DNA from: Mobula hypostoma
Lineage: Eukaryota
Reading direction: 5' to 3'
DNA: 64,000 nt
Assembly (NCBI RefSeq): GCF_963921235.1
Contig: NC_086098.1
Location: 124,001-188,000 of the forward strand
The notes under the pieces are model-generated. The model had not been told where the DNA came from and did no database searches. It was given only the letters and a program-made list of their open reading frames with translations. The translations under genes were made by a program, and so were the position numbers. Positions 13,109 through 21,688 of this stretch are shown one piece after another (the first letter of the stretch is position 1; the number at the start of each line of letters is the position of its first letter).

Positions 13109-14407
13109 TTTTTGGATTCCAGACCTAATCAGTTCCCCTCTACCACCACTCTGCTCCGTCTAGCGGAATTAGTCCTTACTCTTAATAATTTCTCCTTTTG
13201 CTCCTCCCATTTCCTCCAAACTAAAGGTGTAGCTATGGGCACCCGTATGGGTCCTAGCTATGCCTGCCTTTTTGTTGGGTTTGTGGAACAATCTATGTTC
13301 CGTGCCTATTCTGGTATCTGTCCCCCACTTTTCCTTCGCTACATCGACGACTGCATTGGCGCTGCTTCCTGCACGCATGCAGAACTCGTTGACTTTATTA
13401 ACTTTGCCTCCAACTTTCACCCTGCCCTCAAGTTTACCTGGTCCATTTCCGACACCTCCCTCCCCTTTCTAGATCTTTCTGTCTCTGTCTCTGGAGACAG
13501 CTTATCCACTGATGTCTACCATAAGCCTACTGACTCTCACAGCTATCTGGACTATTCCTCTTCTCACCCTGTCTCTTGCAAAAATGCCATCCCCTTCTCG
13601 CAATTCCTCCGTCTCCGCCGCATCTGCTCTCAGGATGAGGCTTTTCATTCTAGGACGAGGGAGATGTCTTCATTTTTTAAAGAAAGGGGCTTCCCTTCCT
13701 CCACTATCAACTCTGCTCTTAAACGCATCTCCCCCATTTCACGTACATCTGCTCTCACTCCATCCTCCCACCACCCCACTAGGAATAGGGTTCCCTTGGT
13801 CCTCACCTACCACCCCACCAGCCTCCGGGTCCAACATATTATTCTCCGTAACTTCCGCCACCTCCAACGGGATCCCACCACTAAGCACATCTTTCCCTCC
13901 CCCCCTCTCTCTGCATTCCGCAGGGATCGCTCCCTACACAACTCCCTTGTCCATTCGTCCCCCCCATCCCTCCCCACTGATCTCCCTCCTGGCACTTGTC
14001 CGTGTAAGCGGAACAAGTGCTACACATGGCCTTACACTTCCTCCCTTACCACCATTCAGGGCCCCAAACAGTCCTTCCAGGTGAGGCATCACTTCACCTG
14101 TGAGTCGACTGGGGTGATATACTGCGTCCGGTGCTCCCGATGTGGCCTTTTATATATTGGTGAAACCCGACGCAGACTGGGAGACCGCTTTGCTGAACAT
14201 CTACGCTCTGTCCGCCAGAGAAAGCAGGATCTCCCAGTGGCCACACATTTTAATTCCACATCCCATTCCCATTCTGACATGTCTATCCACGGCCTCCTCT
14301 ACTGTAAAGATGAAGCCACACTCAGGTTGGAGGAACAACACCTTATATTCCGTCTGGGTAGCCTCCAACCTGATGGCATGAACATTGACTTCTCTAACTT
14401 CCGCTAG
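13109..14407 (+). CDS. PLE RT C-terminal half plus GIY-YIG endonuclease (inverted duplicate arm)
   Basis: Nearly identical to the minus-arm protein from FLDSRPNQ onward, including RYIDD and YIGET. Confidence 0.88.
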   Translation, partial: FLDSRPNQFPSTTTLLRLAELVLTLNNFSFCSSHFLQTKGVAMGTRMGPSYACLFVGFVEQSMFRAYSGICPPLFLRYIDDCIGAASCTHAELVDFINFASNFHPALKFTWSISDTSLPFLDLSVSVSGDSLSTDVYHKPTDSHSYLDYSSSHPVSCKNAIPFSQFLRLRRICSQDEAFHSRTREMSSFFKERGFPSSTINSALKRISPISRTSALTPSSHHPTRNRVPLVLTYHPTSLRVQHIILRNFRHLQRDPTTKHIFPSPPLSAFRRDRSLHNSLVHSSPPSLPTDLPPGTCPCKRNKCYTWPYTSSLTTIQGPKQSFQVRHHFTCESTGVIYCVRCSRCGLLYIGETRRRLGDRFAEHLRSVRQRKQDLPVATHFNSTSHSHSDMSIHGLLYCKDEATLRLEEQHLIFRLGSLQPDGMNIDFSNFR

Positions 14408-14703
14408 GCCCCACCTCCCCCTCGTACCCCAGCTGTTACTCATTTTTATGCACACATTCTTTCTCTCACTCTCCTTTTTCTCCCTCTGTCCCTCTGAATA
14501 TACCTCTTGCCCATCCACTGGGTCACCCCCCCACCCCCGTCTTTCTTCCCGGACCTCCTGTCCCATGATCCTCTCGTATCCCCTTTTGCCTATCACCTGT
14601 CCAGCTCTCGGCTCTATCCCTACCCCTCCTGTCTTCTCCTATCATTTTGCATCTCCCCCTCCCCCTCCAGCTTTCAAATCCCTTACTCACTCTTCCTTCA
14701 GTT

Positions 14704-14739
14704 AGTCCTGACGAAGGGTCTCGGCCTGAAACGTCGACT
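14704..14739 (+). ncRNA. Minimal hammerhead ribozyme motif in the PLE pseudo-LTR
   Basis: AGTC-CTGACGA-AGGGTCTCGGCCT-GAAAC-GTC^GACT, with predicted cleavage after C14735. Confidence 0.78.
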
Positions 14740-14845
14740 GCGCCTCTTCCTATAGATGCTGCCTGGCCTGCTGCGTTCACCAGCAACTTTGATGTGTGTT
14801 GTTTGAATTTCTAGCATCTGCAGAATCCCTGTTGTTTGCGTTTAA

Positions 14846-16079
14846 ATTCAGATGATAATCTGTTTTCCTGTTTTTACCACCAAAGTGGATAACCTCACAT
14901 TTATCCACATTAAATTGCATCTACCATGAATTTGCCCACTCACCTAACCTATCCAAGTCACCCTGCAACCTCTTAGCATCCTCTTCACAGCTAACACTGC
15001 CACCCAGCTTCGTGTCATCCACAAACTTGGAGATGCTGCATTTAATTCCCTCATTTAAGTCATTAATATATATTGTAAACAACTGGGGTCCCAGCACTGA
15101 GCCTTGTGTTATCCCACTAGTCACTGCCTGCCATTCTGAAAAGGTCCTGTTTATTCCCACTCTTTGCTTCCTGTCTGCCAACCAATTCTCTATCCACATC
15201 AATACATTACCCCCAATACCATGTGCTTTAAGTTTGCACACTAATCTCCTGTGTGGGACCTTGTCAAAAGCCTTTTGAAAATCCAAATACAACACATCCA
15301 CTGGTTCTCCCCTATCCACTCTACTAGTTACATCCTCAAAAAATTCTATGAGATTCGTCAGACATGATTTTCCTTTCATAAATCCATGCTGACTTTGTCC
15401 GATGATTTCACCGCTTTCCAAATGTGCTGTTATCACATCTTTGATAACTGACTCTAGCATTTTCCCCACCACCATGCGATCTTTAAATGCTTGCCATTGC
15501 ATATCCACCGTCAACCCTTTAAGTGTCATTTGCCAGTCTATCTTAGCTAATTCGCGTCTCATACCTTCAAAGTTACCCTTTAAGTTCAGAACCTTTGTTT
15601 CTGAATTAACTATGTCACTCTCCATCTTAATGAAGAATTCCACCATATTATGGTCACTCTTACCCAAGGGGCCTCTCATGACAAGATTGCTAATTAACCC
15701 TTCCTCATTGCTCAATACCCAGTCTAGAATAGCCTGCTCTCTAGTTGGTTCCTTGACATGTTGGTTCAAAAAACCATCCCGCATACGTTCCAAGAAATGG
15801 CAAGCATTTAAAGATTGCATGGATGAACTACAACAATTGTTCATCCCAGTTTGGCAAAAGAATAAACCAGGGAAGGTAGTGCACCCATGGCTGACAAGGG
15901 AAATTAGGGATAGCATCAATTCCAAAGAAGAAACAGGGTCTAGTGAGATGGAGGAACTAAGGGAAATACATGTTAGTAGGGAAGTGGTGTTAGGCAAATT
16001 GAAGGGATTAAAGGCAGATAAATCCCCAGGACCAGATGGTCTGCATCCCAGAGTGCTTAAGGAAGTAGCCCAAGAAATA
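14846..16079. mobile_element. Rearranged CR1 5' portion (two minus-strand and two plus-strand segments)
   Basis: Segments match different parts of the colinear copy at 43630-45300. Confidence 0.85.
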
Positions 16080-16560
16080 TATAGGAAGGATGTGGCAGCA
16101 TTGGAAAGGGTACAGAGGAGATTTACCAGAATGCTGCCTGGTTTAGAGAGTATGCATTATGATCAGAGATTAATGGAGCTAAGGCTTTACTCTTTGGAGA
16201 GAAGGAGGATGAGAGGAGACATGATAGAGGTGTACAAGATAATAAGAGGAATAGATAGTGTGGATAGCCAGCGCCTCTTCCCCAGGGCACTACTGCTCAA
16301 TACAAGAGGATATGGCTTTAAGGTAAGGGGTGGGAAGTTCAAAGGAGATATTAGAGGAAGGTTTTTCACTCAGAGAGTGATTGGTGCGTGGAATGCACTG
16401 CCTGAGTCGGTGGTGGAGGCAGATACACTAGTGAAGTTTAAGAGACTACTATACAGGTATATGGAGGAATTTAAGGTGGCGGGTTATATGGCAGGCAGGG
16501 TTTGAGGGTCGGCACAACATTGTGGGCCGAAGGGCCTGTACTGTACTTTACTATTCCATG
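16080..16560 (+). mobile_element. CR1 3' end
   Basis: YRKDV..LERVQRRFTRM...QRVIGAWNALP plus 3' UTR. Confidence 0.9.
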
Positions 16561-16564
16561 TTAA

Positions 16565-16785
16565 ATTGATAAGAGGAGAATGAATTACATTCTTTTTTAC
16601 TGTATTATACATTCTATATCAAATTTATACTTTGTAGATCAACACTATGAGTGATTCTGATATTGTTTATTTTACCTTCTGTATGTACTGTTATTGACAT
16701 ATATACCAGAGATATTCTCCTCCTGTTTGTATACACACTTTTTAAAAAAAATCAATAAAAAGATTGGAAAAAGAAAAGAAAGAAG
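16565..16785 (+). mobile_element. AT-rich LINE-like 3' UTR remnant with polyA signal and A-rich tail (possibly L1/Tx1)
   Basis: AATAAA at ~16754 followed by AAGATTGGAAAAGAAAAGAAAGAA. Confidence 0.4.
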
Positions 16786-16799
16786 GAGTGTCTTACTAG

Positions 16800-17200
16800 A
16801 TGTCCTGTCCCCACCTTTGACTCCTTCCAATATTGGAGTTGGCCCGTGGCCAAGTCCTGCCAGTCTCCCTTGGTGCTGGAGGCTTGTTTCATCAGGGTGT
16901 AGGCAAGGAACCCAGGCTCTTTGGCTTGAACCCAGGGAAAACCCTTACGGTGGTATGGGGAACCACCAGCCCTGTCTGTCGCCAAAGGAAATCCGGAACG
17001 TCGGCCAGTAATGCACTGCCCTCTCTTTCTTTAACCTCTCCAATCGACATGACTGGGAACTTCTGTCCCTCGAAGGGTGCATAATACTGGCTTTCCTCAG
17101 TTGAGCACCCTGTAGTTTCATAGCACAGAGTCACATGAGGGTCTGCCTCTGGCAGAGGGGGTTCAAATGAAGTGGAGTCCAAATTAAGTGCCCACCACTT
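16800..17200 (-). pseudogene. pol: Retroviral 2H phosphoesterase domain (N-terminal region of pol, after the protease)
   Basis: PHVTL (17129-17137) and PHTTV (16949-16957) are 60 codons apart, followed by G..PKSLG and, after a frameshift, LMKQA....DW...G.LQY. Confidence 0.75.
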
Positions 17201-17249
17201 GGGGGCGGGGTTGGTAACTGGCAAAGCTGTCGGTTGTTCTCTCGTCCCA

Positions 17250-17345
17250 GGGTGACACCCTTGTCTGTGCATAGAATCTCGACTTCCAAGGGACAGAGCA
17301 AGTCTCATTCTGCTAGATTACACCCCGATAGCTGGGGACGTAAAT
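17250..17345 (-). pseudogene. Retroviral aspartic protease C-terminal remnant
   Basis: CNLAE*DLLCPLEVEILCTDKGV resembles NLLGRDLL, with the R codon presumably decayed from CGA to TGA. The catalytic D-T/S-G region is absent. Confidence 0.65.
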
Positions 17346-17399
17346 ACGTGCATTCATTGCTTTGGTTCCCGTTTCTGATCCTCCCCAGATGTAGCCCCT

Positions 17400-19564
17400 T
17401 CGCGTCCTTCTTCCCACTGAAATTTTCATCTTTATTATTAGTTCCCTCCGGGGTTGATTGGGATTCGAAAACCGGGTCCCAATAATATGTCAGAGCTCGT
17501 CGTATTCGATTTTGATCATTGTCAGGCCAATCCATATCATTTGTTTTAATCATGTTGGCTAACTTAACTGGTAAGCATTGGAGCAGTAAGGCATTAAATT
17601 GTGGGGGATGGATTCCCATTATTAGAGGCTTGATCTCCTGCGAAAGTGCCGTTGCAGGCAACAAATCACTCCCGATTGTCTGTAATCTGGTCTGTCTGTT
17701 CATTCTTATTATGGATTCCCACCTGTAACTCCTGATAGATTTGGTATCTTGATTCTGCCTTCCATTTCTGCTCCTCATCATGCAGCAGAGACCGAATAAA
17801 TTTTGCAGGGTCGCATTATACATTTGTATAGTACTGCAGACCTACTAAGCAAACTGTGTTGGTTTTTCTATCTGATCATTATCAGATATATCATTCCTGA
17901 TCATTATCATTTCCTGAGGCTTCCAAGGGATGTATACTTCAATTGTTGGTGGTTGAACATAGAACATAGAACATAGAATAGTACAGCACAGTACAGGCCC
18001 TTTGGCCCACAATGTCAAACCCTGCCTCCCATATAAGCCCACATCTTAATTTCCTCCATATACCTGTCTAGTAGTCTCTTATACTTCACTAGTGTATCTG
18101 CCTCCACCACTGACTCAGGCAGTGTATTCCATGCACCAACCACTCTCTGAGTAAAAAACCTTCCTCCAATATCCCCTTTGAACTTCCCACCCCTTACTTT
18201 AAAGCCATGTCCTCTTGTATTGAGCAGTGGTGCCCTGGGGAAGAGGCGCTGGCTATCCACCCTATCTATTCCCCTCATTATCTGGTACACCTCTATCATG
18301 TCTCCTCTCATCTTCCTTCTCTCCAAAGAGTAAAGCCCGAGCTCCCTTAATCTCTGATCATAATGCATACTTTCTAAACCAGGCAGCATCCTGGTAAATC
18401 TCCTCTGTACCCTTTCCAATGCTTCCACATCCTTCCTATAGTGAGGTGACCAGAACTGGACACAGTACTCCAAGTGTGGCCTAACCAGAGTTTTATAGAG
18501 CTGCATCATTACATCGCGACTCTTAAACTCTACCCCTTGACTTATGAAAGCTAATACCCCATAAGCTTTCTTAACTACCCTATCCACCTGTGAGGCAACT
18601 TTCAGGGATCTGTGGACATGTACCCCGAGATCCCTCTGCTCCTCCACACTACCAAGTATCCTGCCATTTACTTTGTACTCTGCCTTGGAGTTTGTCCTTC
18701 CAAAGTGTACCACCTCACACTTCTCCGGGTTGAACTCCATCTGCCACTTCTCAGCCCAATTCTGCATCCTATCAATGTCTCTCTGCAATCTTTGACAATC
18801 CTCTACACTATCTACAACACCACCAACCTTTGTGTTGTCTGCAAACTTGCCAACCCACCCTTCTACCCCCACATCCAGGTGGTTAATAAAAATCATGATT
18901 ACCCCCCTCACCCACTCGGGGATTGGGCAACTGCCTAATAGGGCACTGCTGTTGGGGATTCAGCTGGATTCCTCCAAGCTTATCACAAAGTTTAGAGTGC
19001 CGCTCTCCAGAATCTCCTGGCCAGGATCCCCTACGGGTTTGTTTTCTGGAATTTATCTTTACTTGCTCTGCCACATTTGATCCTTTAGGGGCCTGGTATG
19101 GTGGCGGGAGTGGTGTGGTTGGTTGTGAGAGGGGTAAGTGGGGTGGTGGCAGACTAGGGTAGCATCCCCACTCCTTATCTCTATCAATAGCTTCCGAATC
19201 ATCAAAAAGAGTCGGTATGTCAGACATGGGCTCAGGATTCCGATCAGGCCTCAGAGTTTTCCCACAGTGCTGTCGTTCTAATCCTTTCTGTCTGTCCATA
19301 TCAGCCTTTGCCTGCTTATGCTGCCTTTCCTGCTCTCTCTTTCGTCACCCATCTACCCTCTCACACTCTGCTTTCAGTGTCTCCCAACTCTTAGGAGTCC
19401 CTTCTGTCGTACATACCTCTGTCCCTTTATCACATGCATTATTCCTCCAACTGGCCAGTAAAGTATTATTCCATTTTACATCCGCTTTATCTTTCCATTG
19501 CTTAATCAGGAATTTCCATTTCTTTCCACAGTCCTTTTTTCCAGATTAAAAGGGCCTATCCCAT
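17400..19564 (-). pseudogene. gag: ERV gag (MA, late domains, partial CA), decayed and interrupted by CR1 17956-18896
   Basis: Candidate ATG-GGA (MG) start at 19564, YPSL at 19150-19161, PPPY at 19096-19107. GN|QPPTIEVYIPWKPQEM is joined across the CR1 insertion. Confidence 0.72.
17956..18896 (-). mobile_element. CR1 3' fragment inserted into ERV gag
   Basis: 298-aa ORF (KFADN...QRVVGAWNTLP) and an (AACATAG)n tail. Confidence 0.95.
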
Positions 19565-19600
19565 TATTGCCCTTATTATATTACCAGTTATTCTTATTTA

Positions 19601-19785
19601 TCAAGTCAAGTCAAATTAAGTTTATTTATATAGCACATTGAAAAACAACCCACATTGACCAAAGTGCTGTACAAAGCAAAGCAAGTAGCTAAAGTAACAA
19701 ATACACGAAACACAGACAAACCAACGAGGCAAACAGCTTATATGCACAAAATACACAACGCAAGGGCCTAGGCACAAGCCAAAAA
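19601..19785 (-). mobile_element. L2 3' end inserted in the ERV leader
   Basis: Reverse complement reads TGTACAGCACTTTGGTCAA...AAATAAA...(GACTT)n, like 1092-1102 joined to 3524-3580. Confidence 0.75.
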
Positions 19786-20267
19786 AACAGTCACTGTTTA
19801 TGCCACTGGGTGAGAAATTTACCCAGCCTGCCTCCCTCTTAATCAATTTCAATTGGCCATATTATCAGGAGGCAGCTGATATGGTCAAATCCGTCACGTA
19901 GCGGAGGCCGCCTCTCCTGACCGGGGTCCCCAGTCCCGACTCTTTCCTTAGGAACAATACAGATGTCACCTGCAGCCTTTAATTCTCACAAAAACTCAAA
20001 AACTGCTAGCCTATTTTCCGTTAATACTCGAAAAAAGACAATTCTCACATATTCTGGAGGCCTTTCCCCCTTTATCCTGAACTTGTCTCATTAAATTTAA
20101 ACCAGCCATATTTCTGCTGCCAAGGTGAGAATTTTACCAGGCTGTCAGTCTCGTATCATTTTCAAATTTCAACTGGCCATATCTTGAGACATGCGCAACC
20201 CCTTTTCCGAATCATCAAATTTCAACCAGCTATATCCTGTCACCGGCAGCAACATAAAAGAGACAAC

Positions 20268-20278
20268 TGCTTACCTTA
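20268..20278 (-). promoter_or_regulatory. Candidate ERV major splice donor
   Basis: AAG|GTAAGC about 190 nt downstream of the PBS. Confidence 0.45.
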
Positions 20279-20460
20279 AATCCTGTATCCAAATGGTTCG
20301 TCTGATCCCGTCAAGGTAGCGGTCTCAATGGGTGAGGGGCAAACATGCTCATTCGGACACAGCCAGAGGTAAACTACCTCGGGGCACCCTGTCATTCAGT
20401 TGTGTTCGATTCAAGCTCCCTGTCACTTACTCAGCCCAGAGAGACATTCCCTATGTTGGG

Positions 20461-20478
20461 ATCCAAGTCATGGCACCA
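20461..20478 (-). promoter_or_regulatory. Primer binding site for tRNA-His
   Basis: TGGTGCCATGACTTGGAT matches TGGTGCCGTGACTCGGAT at 16/18, with both mismatches at CpG. It lies 2 nt after the LTR-terminal CA. Confidence 0.9.
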
Positions 20479-20480
20479 AA

Positions 20481-21015
20481 TGTAAACTTGAAAAAATGCC
20501 GGACCAAATAACGACAGCACAAAAAGATCGTTACTTATCTTTTCACCAGTTTATTTCTTCGAGTTCAGCTGGCGAGTGAACTTGGTCCCAACATCAGCGG
20601 AGAAGCGTCTCATCCCTCCGGCGGTTCAATAAGTTCACTGTTCGCCTTCCAGAACCGTTACAATTTATAAGGCCACTGATACAAAAGAACAATCAGTTTG
20701 ATAGACACTCCAGCCACTATTAATTAAAGAAAGGAATGTCCTACCTGGTTTGTTGGAGCCAAAACTTAATTACAAAGATAAGAACATCCACCAATTTATG
20801 CTTTAATTAACAAAGGAATGTCCTGTCTAATTCCCATCAGGTACCGTCTTTTGTCAAAACCAAAAGGTATGAAAAATCAGGAGAATCTTATGTGGATCTG
20901 TGTGAACTTTACCCTTATCTTGCTCCAAAGAAGCAGCTGTGAGACATTATTCAAACACACTGCAGTTACTCTCAAAATACAGAGACATAGTTGGTACTTA
21001 ACACCATTATTTACA
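20481..21015 (-). repeat. ERV 5' LTR (~535 bp)
   Basis: 6-bp terminal inverted repeats, TATAAA at 20664-20669, AATAAA at 20550-20555, and duplicated AAGGAATGTCCT in U3. The outer boundary is less certain. Confidence 0.75.
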
Positions 21016-21054
21016 GGAATCTGAAAATCCCCCAATTCCCTTAAACTTTATCAC

Positions 21055-21328
21055 TCCCTTTTGAATTTTGCCTCTGTGGTACAATTTAACTCTGTTTGCA
21101 TTTGTTCCCAGTCTTTGGCTTGTCCTTCCTTACATTCATGTTACACACATCATCTACTTGTAAACCTGCTGGCTCATCCTCAGCTCTGTCATACTGGTTC
21201 GCATCCTTCCCCAAACCACTTCCAACAGCTCTCATAAATCTTCCTGCAAGAAAGGTGCCAGGGTCCGGGATGTTTCTGATTGTGTCCACGATATGCTGAA
21301 GTGGGAAGAACAGCCAGAGGTTGTGGTA
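21055..21328. mobile_element. Short CR1 5'-region fragments in both orientations
   Basis: Minus-strand ORF1/ORF2 junction, and plus-strand GARVRDVSD ORF1 esterase sequence. Confidence 0.6.
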
Positions 21329-21670
21329 GTCATAGTCATAGTCATACTTTATTGATCCCGGGGGAAATTGGTTTTCATTACAGTTGCATCATAAATAATA
21401 AATAGTAATAAAACCATAAATAGTTAAATAGTAATATGTAAATTATGCCAGGAAATAAGTCCAGGGTCAGCCTATTGGCTGAGGGTGTCTGACCCTCCAA
21501 GAGAGGAGTTGTAAAGTTTGATGGCCACAGGCAGGAATGACTTCCTATGATGCTCTGTGTTGTATCTCGGTGGAATGAGTCTCTGGCTGAATGTACTTCT
21601 GTGCCCAACCAGTACATTATGTAGTGGATGGGAGACATTGTCCAAGATGGCATGCAACTTGGACAGCATA
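21329..21670 (-). mobile_element. Rex1/Babar 3' end
   Basis: ILDNVSHPLH...SFLPVAIKLYN and a (TATGAC)n tail. Confidence 0.8.
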
Positions 21671-21688
21671 TTGGTACATATTGGTACA

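Larger units (their letters stand above)
10752..14845. mobile_element. Penelope-like element (probably Neptune group) inserted as an inverted, divergent pair
   Basis: The minus arm is 10752-13105 and the plus arm is ~13109-14845. It is flanked by the TSD ATTCAGATGATAA (10739-10751 and 14846-14858). Confidence 0.92.
16790..21015 (-). mobile_element. Endogenous retrovirus, class I/epsilon-like, internally deleted and 3'-truncated (5'LTR-PBS-gag-pro remnant-2H)
   Basis: LTR with TGTAAA/TTTACA termini, tRNA-His PBS, splice donor, gag with YPSL and PPPY, CA-like YIPW...P..FA....Y, a protease remnant and a 2H domain. Confidence 0.85.

Noticed and set aside
12944..14407. 487-aa ORF as a full-length PLE protein
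   Set aside because: Its first ~55 aa are antisense PLE sequence read across the inversion junction, and the N-terminal RT motifs are missing.
14921..16505. 358-aa and 367-aa ORFs on opposite strands
   Set aside because: These are chimeras of rearranged CR1 segments, not host genes.
21016..21062. Purine-rich tracts (minus strand) upstream of the LTR as a polypurine tract implying a tandem provirus
   Set aside because: AAAAGGG appears to belong to the adjacent CR1 fragment, and no env or pol sequence lies upstream. It only leaves the LTR outer boundary slightly uncertain.
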